Source of the DNA: a virus
Virus genome (UHGV): UHGV-0236227
Reading direction: 5' to 3' (one strand)
Length of the DNA stretch: 30,354 nt
Both the position numbers and the translations under genes were made by a program. The notes beneath the pieces are model-generated. The model was not told where the DNA came from. It was given only the letters and a program-made list of their open reading frames with translations, and made no database searches. Of the stretch, positions 17,194 through 26,032 are shown piece by piece. How positions within the stretch are numbered: position 1 is the stretch's first letter; each line of letters starts with the position of its first letter.

Positions 17194-17273
17194 GGTAAGC
17201 CCTGTTATTAGTATTGGGATTACGGTTATTTTGTGCTGACACAAAAAAAAGATCAACCAGATTTGGTTATTTA

Positions 17274-17288
17274 TTACCTTTGAGGTGC
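17274..17288. promoter_or_regulatory. TTACC-N5-GGTGC imperfect palindrome (putative operator)
   Basis: TTACCTTTGAGGTGC downstream of the Cro-like gene. Confidence 0.35.
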
Positions 17289-17343
17289 GAATAGATATGA
17301 AAAGACCGCCGGGTGGCGGTCTACAGAGGGTTGTGACTGGATA

Positions 17344-17574
17344 TCATGAGTAGAAGAAGTATGCCAGTTCTGCTTTTGAGCGCAGCCATTGTCTTGTTTT
17401 ACAGGCTTTAAAAAGCCCATTCATCAATACTTTACCTGGCATTTTGCGCTTACCTGTTAAGTGAGTCTGGATATAGTGACTCGTCGTTCCGGCTTCCTGT
17501 GCGAAGGCTTCACGCTCATCCGGAGTAAGTGCAAGCCAGTGCTTTTTGAAATCGAAATGTCCGTTATCGCTCAT
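17344..17574 (-). CDS. Cro-like HTH regulator (YdaS-like)
   Basis: 76-aa ORF divergent from the repressor-like gene; HTH-like segment (FAQEAGTTSHYIQTHLTGKR). Confidence 0.6.
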   Translation of the reverse strand: MSDNGHFDFKKHWLALTPDEREAFAQEAGTTSHYIQTHLTGKRKMPGKVLMNGLFKACKTRQWLRSKAELAYFFYS

Positions 17575-17610
17575 AGCTATTGCCTGATATTTATTTCAGA
17601 TAATAAATAT

Positions 17611-17673
17611 TCACCCATAAGGTAACAAAAATCAAGGATAGTTACCTATGAGGTGCATTTACCTGTTGGGTAA
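17611..17673. promoter_or_regulatory. Tripartite operator cluster in the cro / repressor intergenic region
   Basis: Three palindromes: TCACC-N5-GGTAA (17611..17625), TTACC-N5-GGTGC (17642..17656), TTACC-N5-GGTAA (17659..17673); centre spacings 31 and 17 bp. Confidence 0.6.
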
Positions 17674-17728
17674 TATTGCTTTAAATTGAATCATCTACTG
17701 ATTCATATATGAGGCGATTTTCCAGAAA

Positions 17729-18313
17729 ATGAAAAGTATCCAGGACGTCCGCAGGCAAAATCTCAACGACTTGATCGACCGTGAATTCAATGGTGTTCAG
17801 ACGCGGATGGCAGAAAAACTTGGAACTCAGGCAAATCTGGTAAACCGCTGGGCTCTTGGCAAGAAGGTTATCGGCGACCAGGTTGCACGAAAAATTGAAG
17901 CTGCCGCCAATAAACCCCGTAACTGGCTTGATATTGATCGTTCGCTTTCTCAGGAGGGTTTTCAGCCTGTCGGCCCGAGCGATATAGGTCAGTTGGCGGC
18001 TCACAACCTGGAACGCTGGATGAGCGAAAGCCGCGACCTTTCAACACAGGGAAAACTTCACCGCGCATCCGGCGTCGCCCAGGTGACAATCAGCCGCCTG
18101 TTAAACAATGAGGTCAGCGTTTCCATTTCCACTCTGGAGAATGTTGCATCCGCATTCGGGCGTCACGGATATGAACTACTGATTCACCCGCACGACCCTG
18201 CGACTATCAACTATGACCGCTCACGCTACGCATTGTTACCCGAAACCGAGAAAGCAAAGATCGAAAGTTACATTGAATTTGTCATCAACCAGAACGAAAA
18301 AAGCAAACAATAA
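17729..18313 (+). CDS. CI-like repressor candidate with two HTH-like segments and no recognisable S24 peptidase domain
   Basis: 194-aa ORF divergent from Cro-like gene; two XRE-type HTH-like segments; no Ser-Lys peptidase motifs recognised. Confidence 0.55.
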   Translation: MKSIQDVRRQNLNDLIDREFNGVQTRMAEKLGTQANLVNRWALGKKVIGDQVARKIEAAANKPRNWLDIDRSLSQEGFQPVGPSDIGQLAAHNLERWMSESRDLSTQGKLHRASGVAQVTISRLLNNEVSVSISTLENVASAFGRHGYELLIHPHDPATINYDRSRYALLPETEKAKIESYIEFVINQNEKSKQ

Positions 18314-18370
18314 AACTATAGTTTTCAGTAAGTAAGCCGCCTCATGGCGGCTTTTTTATTGCCAGATAGA

Positions 18371-18447
18371 TTACCTTACGGGTAATTTTTTTAACTCATA
18401 TCTATTGACACTAAACCAAATAAGCATAATTATTACCTCAACGGTAA
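18371..18447 (+). promoter_or_regulatory. pL-like promoter region with two TTACC-N5-GGTAA palindromes flanking a TTGACA -35 element
   Basis: Sites at 18371..18385 and 18433..18447; TTGACA at 18405..18410; directly upstream of the recombination operon. Confidence 0.5.
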
Positions 18448-18466
18448 CAGACCGAGGTAACAAGTT

Positions 18467-18619
18467 ATGCAGTGGAAAATCATCAACGGTTGGTACTGCG
18501 TTACTGCATGCGGATTCATGAGCTGGAAGTTCCGCACCTTACAGGAAGGCATTAAGTGGGCTTTCGTCAGCAAAGAAGCTCGCGATGTAGCCAACGATAA
18601 CGAGATATGGGAGGGCTGA
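18467..18619 (+). CDS. Small hypothetical protein (50 aa)
   Basis: ATG 18467 with GAGGT Shine-Dalgarno at 9 nt; stop lies 2 nt before the next gene's ATG; below the track's size cut-off. Confidence 0.3.
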   Translation: MQWKIINGWYCVTACGFMSWKFRTLQEGIKWAFVSKEARDVANDNEIWEG

Positions 18620-18621
18620 TA

Positions 18622-18921
18622 ATGAACGTTAATCAGCAGAAAAATCTTCAAAAAATCATGCTGGCATTCGACAAGGACTACCGCCTGTCAGAACAGCTAT
18701 ATGACCGACAAGTTGAACTGATTGAGAGCATCCGACTTCATCAACTGTCCTCAACTTTCGACGTTGTAACAGGCAAAGGCGTTCGTCAGGAAGTGCTGGA
18801 GGCTGCTAAAGACAGCCCTGAGTTCGAAGAACTGATGGATTCCTACCGGCGCGAGGCAATGGCAATTATCGCCCGCTGGGATCTGGCGGATCGGATTGAT
18901 GGGCAGAGGGAAGCGGCATGA
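18622..18921 (+). CDS. Hypothetical protein upstream of the exonuclease
   Basis: 99 aa from ATG 18622 (GGGAGGG Shine-Dalgarno); stop overlaps the YqaJ start (ATGA). Confidence 0.5.
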   Translation: MNVNQQKNLQKIMLAFDKDYRLSEQLYDRQVELIESIRLHQLSSTFDVVTGKGVRQEVLEAAKDSPEFEELMDSYRREAMAIIARWDLADRIDGQREAA

Positions 18922-19817
18922 TGCAGAACGCTGGAATCATGGATAGAACAAAATACATCGGAGGAAGCGATGTTGCAGGGATTCTTGGAATTAGCCCATG
19001 GCGCACCCCGCTTGAGGTTTATCTGGATAAGGTCCAGCCACGTGTCAAACCAGTAGACCCAAGCAAGCAGAAAGTTTTCACGCGTGGCCAGCGTATGGAG
19101 CCATACGTAATAGACCTGCTTTCTGAGGAAACAGGGATGGAAATCGTTCATCGCGGAAACCGCTATATCCACCGTGATTACGATTTTATTGCAGCTGAGA
19201 TCGATGCAGAAGCAGCGTCAGGCGAGAACATTGAGATCAAAACAGTTAGTCCGTTCAAAGCCAAAGAATGGGGAGAAATCCAGACAGATGCAATTCCTGT
19301 GCATTACACGGCCCAGGCCATGCACGGGTTGATGGTTACAAACAAACAGGTATGCGTTTTCGGTGTGCTTATCGGTGGCGACGACTTCCGAATCTATCGG
19401 GTTGAGCGTGATGAAGAAACTATCCAGGCGATCTTAGAAAAAGAAATCGCTTTCTGGGACCGAGTGAAAAATCTTAACCCGCCGGAAGCTACCAGCGTAA
19501 GCGATGTATCGCTGATGTTTGAGAAAGATGCCGGGACAAGTATCGAGGCTGACGGAAAGGCACTCGCACTATTCAACGATCTACGAGACATGAAGTCACG
19601 CAGAAAATCACTGGAAGAAGAAATAGCTATATCAGAAGAGAAGCTGAAGATGTACATGCAAGAGCACTCAGTCCTGACCCTGGACGGAAAGCCGCTCTGC
19701 ACATGGAAATCTCAGATCAGCAACAGATTCGACCAGAAGCTATTCCAGTCAGTACACCCTGAGTTATTCGAAAAATTCAAAACAACAACGACACAACGCG
19801 TCTTCAGAATGAAGTAA
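18918..19817 (+). CDS. YqaJ-like viral recombinase exonuclease
   Basis: 299-aa ORF; N-terminal YIGGSDVAGILGISPWRTPLEVY motif typical of the YqaJ/lambda-exonuclease fold; upstream of RecT. Confidence 0.85.
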   Translation: MMQNAGIMDRTKYIGGSDVAGILGISPWRTPLEVYLDKVQPRVKPVDPSKQKVFTRGQRMEPYVIDLLSEETGMEIVHRGNRYIHRDYDFIAAEIDAEAASGENIEIKTVSPFKAKEWGEIQTDAIPVHYTAQAMHGLMVTNKQVCVFGVLIGGDDFRIYRVERDEETIQAILEKEIAFWDRVKNLNPPEATSVSDVSLMFEKDAGTSIEADGKALALFNDLRDMKSRRKSLEEEIAISEEKLKMYMQEHSVLTLDGKPLCTWKSQISNRFDQKLFQSVHPELFEKFKTTTTQRVFRMK

Positions 19818-19826
19818 GGAGAAAAA

Positions 19827-20849
19827 ATGTCTATCAATGCACTTAAGGCAGCGGCTACCGGTAACCAAGTTGCACATCATAATGAGAAACCAACAACTCT
19901 GGCCGGACTTCTGGCAGACCCAAAAATTAAAGCTCAGATGGCTTTGGCACTTCCAAAGCACATGACAGCAGACCGTCTGGCGCGCATAGCAACCACAGAG
20001 ATCAGAAAGGTTCCAAAACTTGCATCATGCGACCAAGCCAGCTTCCTGGGGGCAATTATGCAATGTGCCCAATTGGGTCTTGAACCAGGCGGAGCTCTTG
20101 GACACGCTTACCTGATACCGTTCGACAAACGCCAGAAAGTAAATGGAAGATGGGAAACCGTATCTACAGAAGCACAGCTGATTATCGGCTATCGCGGAAT
20201 GATTGACCTTGCCCGCCGCTCTGGGCAGATCCTGAGTATCTCGGCTCGTACCGTACATACAAACGACAAATTCAGCTACTCATACGGCCTGGAAGAAACG
20301 CTCGAGCATTTACCTTGCGAAACAGGTGACCGCGGAGAATTAACGCACGTTTACGCCGTTGCACGACTGAAAGATGGCGGAGTCCAATTTGAAGTTATGA
20401 GCCGGGCAGACGTTGAGAAAGTTCGTGCACTGAGCAAAGCCGGTAGCAGTGGCCCATGGGTTGATCACTTCGATGAGATGGCTAAAAAAACAGTAATTCG
20501 CCGACTGTTCAAATATCTTCCTGTTTCTATTGAAATGCAGAAGGCTGTTGTTATGGATGAGCGCGCTGAAGCTGGACTTAGCCAAGATAACGCAGCTGTT
20601 ATCACTGGTGAATATTCCGTAGTTGACGATGAGCGTCAACACCTGTCGCCAATTTCAGATTCAGAACGAGAAGAAGCTCGAGAATATATCATCGCGATAC
20701 TTAATAGCCTGGATCCATCTGCTGAAGATGCAAAAACGATGTTCAAGCGCGCTGAAAATGAAATTAACACCATGGCTGAAAAGCTCGGTGATGAATATCA
20801 CCAAAAATTCATGATGACGCTTAACGATATGCGTCCAGAATTCGAGTAA
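19827..20849 (+). CDS. recT: RecT-family single-strand annealing protein
   Basis: 340-aa ORF with AAGGAG Shine-Dalgarno; RecT-like core (GYRGMIDLARRSGQI); paired with the YqaJ exonuclease. Confidence 0.85.
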   Translation: MSINALKAAATGNQVAHHNEKPTTLAGLLADPKIKAQMALALPKHMTADRLARIATTEIRKVPKLASCDQASFLGAIMQCAQLGLEPGGALGHAYLIPFDKRQKVNGRWETVSTEAQLIIGYRGMIDLARRSGQILSISARTVHTNDKFSYSYGLEETLEHLPCETGDRGELTHVYAVARLKDGGVQFEVMSRADVEKVRALSKAGSSGPWVDHFDEMAKKTVIRRLFKYLPVSIEMQKAVVMDERAEAGLSQDNAAVITGEYSVVDDERQHLSPISDSEREEAREYIIAILNSLDPSAEDAKTMFKRAENEINTMAEKLGDEYHQKFMMTLNDMRPEFE

Positions 20850-20898
20850 CCACCACCGCGGCGCCACGTGCGCCGCACTGCAACCAAGAGAGGTATTC

Positions 20899-21147
20899 AT
20901 GAAAGGTGCATTAGGTAAGAAAGAACTCCTGGCGGTGGTGCCACTGTCATGGAGCACTATCGACCGTATGGAGCGCGCAGGGGAATTTCCTAAACGCTGG
21001 TATATCACCGATAAACGCTGCGCATGGAACCGTGATGAAGTTGAGCGTTGGCTTGATGAACGTCAGGCAGCAAGCCCGGCAGAGTTCCAGGGTAAAAAGC
21101 CTCCTGTTCAGCAACGTGTATATCGTCCCGTGAGCAACGCTGCATGA
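20899..21147 (+). CDS. AlpA-family HTH protein (excisionase / transcriptional regulator candidate)
   Basis: 82-aa ORF with AlpA-like segment (LSWSTIDRMERAGEFPKRWYITDKRCAWNRDEVERW). Confidence 0.6.
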   Translation: MKGALGKKELLAVVPLSWSTIDRMERAGEFPKRWYITDKRCAWNRDEVERWLDERQAASPAEFQGKKPPVQQRVYRPVSNAA

Positions 21148-21256
21148 GTGCGCTGCTAAGGCACTGGAGCAAATGGTCAGGATGGTACTTATTCCTGGCC
21201 TCTGTTTCAGCATGGCTTTATCTGCTGGCATTAATTTTCAGAGAGGGTTGGATTAA

Positions 21257-21556
21257 GTGAGAAAGTTAAGCCGACTTGAAAAATATCACATGAATAAGGT
21301 TTCAATGCGCAGTCCGTCAAAGATTGTCGCCGTTACTCCTGCGGCGATAGAGATCGAAAAACGCGCGATTGAAAGAGAGAAAAAAGGGCAATTCCGCATT
21401 GCCGCTCACCTTTGGCTTCAGTGTATGGATGTTGCTTCTGGTGATGTTGAACGTGCAAGGATCGCGGTTCGCAGGGACCAATGTATCACAAAAGGTAACG
21501 GCCTTCGCCGTGGCGACTATAGCGGCATAGGATGTTGTGGGGTGGTTTATGACTAA
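21257..21556 (+). CDS. Small regulatory protein (ANR-family-like, tentative)
   Basis: Up to 99 aa; start uncertain (GTG 21257 or ATG 21305); helical segment AAHLWLQCMDVA recalled as ANR-like. Confidence 0.35.
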   Translation: MRKLSRLEKYHMNKVSMRSPSKIVAVTPAAIEIEKRAIEREKKGQFRIAAHLWLQCMDVASGDVERARIAVRRDQCITKGNGLRRGDYSGIGCCGVVYD

Positions 21557-22199
21557 GAAATACACACTAATCTATGCAGATCCACCCTGGGTATACCGGG
21601 ACAAAGCCGCAGATGGTAATCGCGGTGCCGGTTTTAAATATCCGGTTATGAGTGTGCTGGATATCTGCCGCCTTCCTGTGTGGGATTTGGCCGATGAAAA
21701 CTGTCTGTTGGCCATGTGGTGGGTGCCAACACAACCACTCGAAGCACTAAAAGTTGTTGAAGCCTGGGGATTCCGTCTGATGACGATGAAGGGCTTCACG
21801 TGGATAAAATGTGGTAGTCGACAACCAGATAAACTGGTTATGGGTATGGGACACATGACTCGCGCCAATAGTGAAGATTGCCTGTTTGCGGTAAAGGGAA
21901 AACTACCTACGCGCATTAATGCAGGGATCGTTCAGTCATTTACCGCACCGCGGCTTGAGCATTCAAGAAAGCCAGATATCGTTCGTGAAAAACTTGTGCA
22001 ATTATTAGGCGATGTTTCTCGCATTGAACTGTTCGCCCGCCAGACGTCTCATGGCTTTGATGTTTGGGGTAATCAGTGCGAAGACCCGGCAGTGCAACTA
22101 CACCCTGGATACGCGTTGGATATTGGCGTATTAACAAATGCATTCAGCAATGCTCCGCTGTCACCAACAGACATCCAGGGGCGGGAGCGTGCTGCATGA
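21549..22199 (+). CDS. MT-A70-family DNA N6-adenine methyltransferase
   Basis: 216 aa from ATG 21549; catalytic DPPW motif in LIYADPPWVY. Confidence 0.8.
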   Translation: MTKKYTLIYADPPWVYRDKAADGNRGAGFKYPVMSVLDICRLPVWDLADENCLLAMWWVPTQPLEALKVVEAWGFRLMTMKGFTWIKCGSRQPDKLVMGMGHMTRANSEDCLFAVKGKLPTRINAGIVQSFTAPRLEHSRKPDIVREKLVQLLGDVSRIELFARQTSHGFDVWGNQCEDPAVQLHPGYALDIGVLTNAFSNAPLSPTDIQGRERAA

Positions 22200-22390
22200 A
22201 CAGGGCATCACCAGCAGATTTAAGAAAATGCCTTGAAACTGCAAACATGCTTGCACACAGCGGGATCAGGTTTGTTCCAATTCCCGCTGTCACTGATGCT
22301 GAATTTGCAACACTGTCAGCAATATTCGAAAACAAAATTGAATCACTGGCAGCAGAAGCAGAGATGGAAGAAAATCAGCAGAACTATTAA
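22196..22390 (+). CDS. Small hypothetical protein translationally coupled to the methyltransferase
   Basis: 64 aa; ATG overlaps the methyltransferase stop (ATGA). Confidence 0.4.
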   Translation: MNRASPADLRKCLETANMLAHSGIRFVPIPAVTDAEFATLSAIFENKIESLAAEAEMEENQQNY

Positions 22391-22393
22391 ACG

Positions 22394-23644
22394 TTATTCC
22401 CCCGCCATCCACTTCTCAAACTTCGACGGGGAGAACGGAATCAGATCCGTATGCTCCCCGTCAATCCATGAATCAATCATATCGGCCCACTGCTGCAACA
22501 TGTAGGCGCGCTGTCTGGCGTATTCCGCTTTGTTATATACGGCGCGCACACCTTTCTGCTCATGTGCCAGAGCCTTTTCAATCCAGTCTGAAGGATAACC
22601 AGCCTCATGCAACAACGTACTGGCTGTACGGCGCATATCATGTACAGTGAAGTCCTGAATATGCTCACCATCTTCATTTATTATTTTCACCGTTCTGTCG
22701 ATCAGAGAGTTCAGCGCGGCATTAGATAATGGCTTCCGGAAATTGTAACGACCAGGAACCAGATATTCACTTCCACCAGCGCACATCTGCAACCCGACCA
22801 ATATATCCTGTGCCTGTTTAGGCAGGTAAATAACGTGCGCCCGGCTTCCCTTCATGCGGTCTGGAGGAATTGTCCATGTCCATTTTTTAAAATCTATTTC
22901 ATCCCACGTTGCATTGGTGAATTCGCCCTTACGAACCATAGTGATAAGCACCAGTTTTAAAGCCATTTTCATAGTGCCCATAGCACCAATGGCATCCAGC
23001 GTGCGGAAGAACAGGCCAATTTCTTCTGGTGTCAGTGTTCGCTCTCGTGGTTTAAATATGGCGATAGACGAAGGTTTAATGTCAGCCGCAGGATTAAACA
23101 AACCATGACCACGGTCATTGGCGTGACGGTATACGCTACTGATGATCTCCCTGGCCTGCACTGCTGTTGCCCGGCCACCGCGTTCGACAATCCGGTCACA
23201 CAAATCACGAACCATCGATGTGGTAATTTCAGCCATCATTTTATTGCCAAGAACCGGAAGTATGTCACGGTCGATCACCGCCTGTTTCATTGCGCGGGTA
23301 CTGTCAGCCAGGATGACGTGTTTCATATAACTGTCGGTATGTACCGCAAACGTCTCGGCACCACGAATCTTTTTGATACCGTCACGTTTAGCCGCAGCCG
23401 GTGACTGGCCTGCTTTAAGCAGCTTCTTTGCAGCAATCAGTTCTTCTCGCGCTTCTGCCAGGCTGATACCGTCACGCCCATACTGCCCGATTACCAGTGT
23501 TTCGCGGCGACCGTTGATACGGTAGTCATAGCGAAACGAGACCGTGCCTGACGTAAGCACAGCTACATACAGCCCGTCACGATCGGAGACCTTGTACAGT
23601 TTGTCCTGCGGCTTGAGGTTTTTTAATTTTGTATCGGTAAGCAC
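22394..23644 (-). CDS. int: Tyrosine integrase (P4-like, Arm-type N-terminal domain)
   Basis: 416-aa ORF (GTG start); N-terminal LTDTKLKNLKP...YKVSDRDGLY motif; C-terminal catalytic region (HDMRRTASTLLHEAGYP). Confidence 0.9.
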   Translation of the reverse strand: MLTDTKLKNLKPQDKLYKVSDRDGLYVAVLTSGTVSFRYDYRINGRRETLVIGQYGRDGISLAEAREELIAAKKLLKAGQSPAAAKRDGIKKIRGAETFAVHTDSYMKHVILADSTRAMKQAVIDRDILPVLGNKMMAEITTSMVRDLCDRIVERGGRATAVQAREIISSVYRHANDRGHGLFNPAADIKPSSIAIFKPRERTLTPEEIGLFFRTLDAIGAMGTMKMALKLVLITMVRKGEFTNATWDEIDFKKWTWTIPPDRMKGSRAHVIYLPKQAQDILVGLQMCAGGSEYLVPGRYNFRKPLSNAALNSLIDRTVKIINEDGEHIQDFTVHDMRRTASTLLHEAGYPSDWIEKALAHEQKGVRAVYNKAEYARQRAYMLQQWADMIDSWIDGEHTDLIPFSPSKFEKWMAGE

Positions 23645-23686
23645 AATTCACCCGTATAGAAACCATTTTCATGACGGTATGAGAGT

Positions 23687-23701
23687 ATACCTTTAAGGTA
23701 A
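23687..23701. promoter_or_regulatory. ATACC-N5-GGTAA palindrome (putative operator) upstream of int
   Basis: ATACCTTTAAGGTAA, 43 bp upstream of the integrase start. Confidence 0.4.
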
Positions 23702-23754
23702 TACCGTCACCTGTACCGACGAAAAATATGGTGTATAGTGAATAGAAATGAATA

Positions 23755-23788
23755 CATAAAAACAAAAACCCTCTGTAAAAACAGAGGG
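23755..23788 (-). terminator. Intrinsic terminator after the lysis cassette
   Basis: CCCTCTGT-aaaa-ACAGAGGG hairpin with a U-rich tract downstream on the minus strand. Confidence 0.55.
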
Positions 23789-23938
23789 TTAAATTAGTAT
23801 CTGAATAGGAATGAGTTGCTATGAGTTAGCTGTTAATCATTCCCACTCAATTATTTACGATAACCATAACCAATTGAGTGATAACATTTTTCCAAATCTC
23901 AATTTTTCCCGTACCGTTTTATATACCGTCACCGGAAA

Positions 23939-24436
23939 TCAGTGCCACGATTTTTGCTTCTTCAGTGAATCGTATTGCTGCTCGCAGAATTCCCCTGCGA
24001 TACGATACTTTTCAGCCTCAGCTGCTGTTGCGTTGTAAACTCGGTTGCTTTCTTCAAGCATGTCGGCGAGCACACCGATGACCTTGCTGGCTGGCGTGCC
24101 AGGGGGGAAAGATCCGGTATAGTGTTCGGCGAGCCGCCTGGTTTTGTCAAGCTCGGCGCGCATGCTGTCAGCAGCGGAATTAGCATACTCAGCATCAGCA
24201 CGCGCCGCATCGATACGGGATTGTGCTTCACGTTCAATTTGTGTTTTCTCCTGCTCACGCTGTGACCTTAACTTATCATCAGCCTGTTTCTGATCTTCCT
24301 TCGCCTGAGCATACCCGGCATCGTACTGGCGACTGCCGTGTATATTCCAGGCAACCACTCCTGATATGACCAGAACAGCAAGCACTGCCACGATAAGCAA
24401 CTGTTTCCAGTATGCTTTTACGAATGCCCAGATCAT
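23939..24436 (-). CDS. Rz-like i-spanin
   Basis: 165-aa ORF with N-terminal transmembrane segment and charged coiled-coil-like periplasmic part; ATGA-coupled to the endolysin. Confidence 0.7.
   Translation of the reverse strand: MIWAFVKAYWKQLLIVAVLAVLVISGVVAWNIHGSRQYDAGYAQAKEDQKQADDKLRSQREQEKTQIEREAQSRIDAARADAEYANSAADSMRAELDKTRRLAEHYTGSFPPGTPASKVIGVLADMLEESNRVYNATAAEAEKYRIAGEFCEQQYDSLKKQKSWH
23962..24210 (-). CDS. Rz1-like o-spanin (lipoprotein) embedded in the Rz frame
   Basis: From internal ATG 24210; lipobox-like LLTAC followed by a Pro-rich segment; entirely inside Rz in another frame. Confidence 0.55.
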   Translation of the reverse strand: MRRVLMLSMLIPLLTACAPSLTKPGGSPNTIPDLSPLARQPARSSVCSPTCLKKATEFTTQQQLRLKSIVSQGNSASSNTIH

Positions 24437-25062
24437 ACCGCCAGCACCTTACTGGCAGTGATGTACCGCGCTCGCCGGTCGTCGATGCCGTTCCGGCCAC
24501 CATTGATAATCAGAGTTACACGTGCAATATCGCCGGTATACTTCATGCATCCTTTGCTGGCGAAGAACCACGCCGCGCTACGAGCCGCATATTCGTCCTG
24601 CGCCAGCAGTTCAGGGCTCTCCAGCAGGTCAACCTTCAGACCGTTTCCGCAATCACGATAGTTATTCAAACCGGTAATCTGGATAAGTCCGCGCCCTCGG
24701 TAATTCCAGCCATCACCAGGGGCATTGTTCCCCATGCGTTTGCTGTATACCAGATTTGCGATCGCGCGCTGGCGCTCAAGTGGCAATGGTGGTTCACCAG
24801 CACGGCGCCCCAGTGCATTAGCCTGCCCCTGAGTGAGACGCCCAGCCCGAACGAAGTTAGCCAGTCCGCTGACACTGTAGTTGAAATTCTCCTGCAACCT
24901 GGTGAAGCCCCCAGACTCATGCCCGACTTGAGCAATAAACATTGCCTGATCTTCTGCTTTGCTGATACCAAACTCTTTCATCGCAGAAGTTATATGCGAG
25001 AACCAGCGTGCGGCCAGTGCCTCGCTGATACCAGCAGCTCGCTGGAATTGTTTAATCTCCAT
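24433..25062 (-). CDS. Endolysin, glycoside hydrolase family 19 (chitinase-like) type
   Basis: 209 aa from ATG 25062 (GAGG Shine-Dalgarno); GH19-like motifs ([24 protein letters not shown]); track ORF extends 55 codons further upstream. Confidence 0.75.
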   Translation of the reverse strand: MEIKQFQRAAGISEALAARWFSHITSAMKEFGISKAEDQAMFIAQVGHESGGFTRLQENFNYSVSGLANFVRAGRLTQGQANALGRRAGEPPLPLERQRAIANLVYSKRMGNNAPGDGWNYRGRGLIQITGLNNYRDCGNGLKVDLLESPELLAQDEYAARSAAWFFASKGCMKYTGDIARVTLIINGGRNGIDDRRARYITASKVLAV

Positions 25063-25360
25063 GTTTAGACCTCGATACTTTAAAAATTTGAACGACGTTA
25101 CCGCGCGTTTTAATAACCGCAGCCAGCATGACAGCGTTGATAATGACCTCAGATAAATCCACAGCCATTGGCGTACGTAACCAGATTGCATAGGCGACTC
25201 GAACAGGAATACTGGCCGCAGCAACAATCAGGAAATAAGCAAGCCATCCTCCCCACCTTCGATGTTGAGAGCCGTTACGCCGGAATGTGACAACGCGAAT
25301 TGCTATGCCAGTGCAAATAACTGCATTGGTGATAAGCAAAAAAAACTCATGCGTTACCAT
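25052..25360 (-). CDS. Holin-like membrane protein (second holin or antiholin candidate)
   Basis: 102-aa hydrophobic ORF between the holin and the endolysin, overlapping both. Confidence 0.5.
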   Translation of the reverse strand: MVTHEFFLLITNAVICTGIAIRVVTFRRNGSQHRRWGGWLAYFLIVAAASIPVRVAYAIWLRTPMAVDLSEVIINAVMLAAVIKTRGNVVQIFKVSRSKHGD

Positions 25361-25751
25361 CGTCTTTTCTCCCCGGAATTAACTCGCGTGGATTATCGGA
25401 ACGGTGATAGAGCCATATACCAATACGCACAGCGACAATTGCTGACACGAATGCGCCTGCAGAGAAAACAATCCCTTTTTCAAAAGAGTCCTGCGTGATG
25501 GTAGGGATCAGGCTGGCTATGCCGATAAGAATTGATGCTGCTGGTTTGTAAAAGAGAAGGCCGCAAAGAAAGCTGAGCATCGACAGGAGCACCCGGCGAC
25601 GGATGGGGTACTCTACTGCAGAGGTAACAAAAATTACCGCCCCAGCCAAAGCCCCTAAAGCAACCTCCGGAGGGGCACCTGCAATAACCGCAGCAAGAGA
25701 ACTAAAACTAAGCAACTGATTTAATTGCTCACTTGTTACTTGAGCAGACAT
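25347..25751 (-). CDS. Holin
   Basis: 134-aa ORF with several hydrophobic segments; first gene of the lysis cassette. Confidence 0.6.
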   Translation of the reverse strand: MSAQVTSEQLNQLLSFSSLAAVIAGAPPEVALGALAGAVIFVTSAVEYPIRRRVLLSMLSFLCGLLFYKPAASILIGIASLIPTITQDSFEKGIVFSAGAFVSAIVAVRIGIWLYHRSDNPRELIPGRKDDGNA

Positions 25752-25925
25752 ACTTTCTCCTGTTTACTATCTATAAGCCAGTCAATTATTGATGACTAAA
25801 CCCGCATAGTAAACCATATATGAATCATTATTGTTCCATATCATATATCTCAATAAAAGTACTAATGATTTTACAGAACGAGCCAGCAGAGTGGGGGCAG
25901 TTGTACAGGAACCATAGACTTAATT

Positions 25926-25954
25926 TTGTATTTAATAATGCTATGGTGTAATAA
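25926..25954 (+). promoter_or_regulatory. Candidate sigma70-like promoter (TTGTAT-17-TAATAA) in an AT-rich spacer
   Basis: Hexamers read directly; a plus-strand terminator lies about 100 bp downstream. Confidence 0.3.
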
Positions 25955-26032
25955 ACCTGAACATGTATTTAAAATACGTACTGATTCATGATAGAATTCA
26001 AAGATAACTTTTCACAAACTCCGTTTTTGATA

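Larger units (their letters stand above)
23645..23938. other. Candidate attP / integrase regulatory region
   Basis: Non-coding AT-rich interval next to int with ATACCGTC copies (23701 and 23923 direct; 23673 inverted), a TACC-N5-GGTAA palindrome and a hairpin terminator. Confidence 0.35.

Noticed and set aside
21537-21548. GTG-initiated N-terminal extension of the methyltransferase (MGWF)
   Set aside because: The in-frame ATG at 21549 directly precedes the conserved N-terminus. The GTG start is a track artefact of allowing alternative start codons.
23769-23788. CTGT...ACAG element as a second LexA box
   Set aside because: The spacer is 5 nt rather than 8 and it is part of a perfect 8-bp hairpin with a flanking U-tract; it is a terminator.
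24433-25227. Full 264-aa track ORF as the endolysin
   Set aside because: The first 55 codons overlap the holin-like gene and have no RBS. The internal ATG at 25062 has a Shine-Dalgarno and begins the conserved domain.
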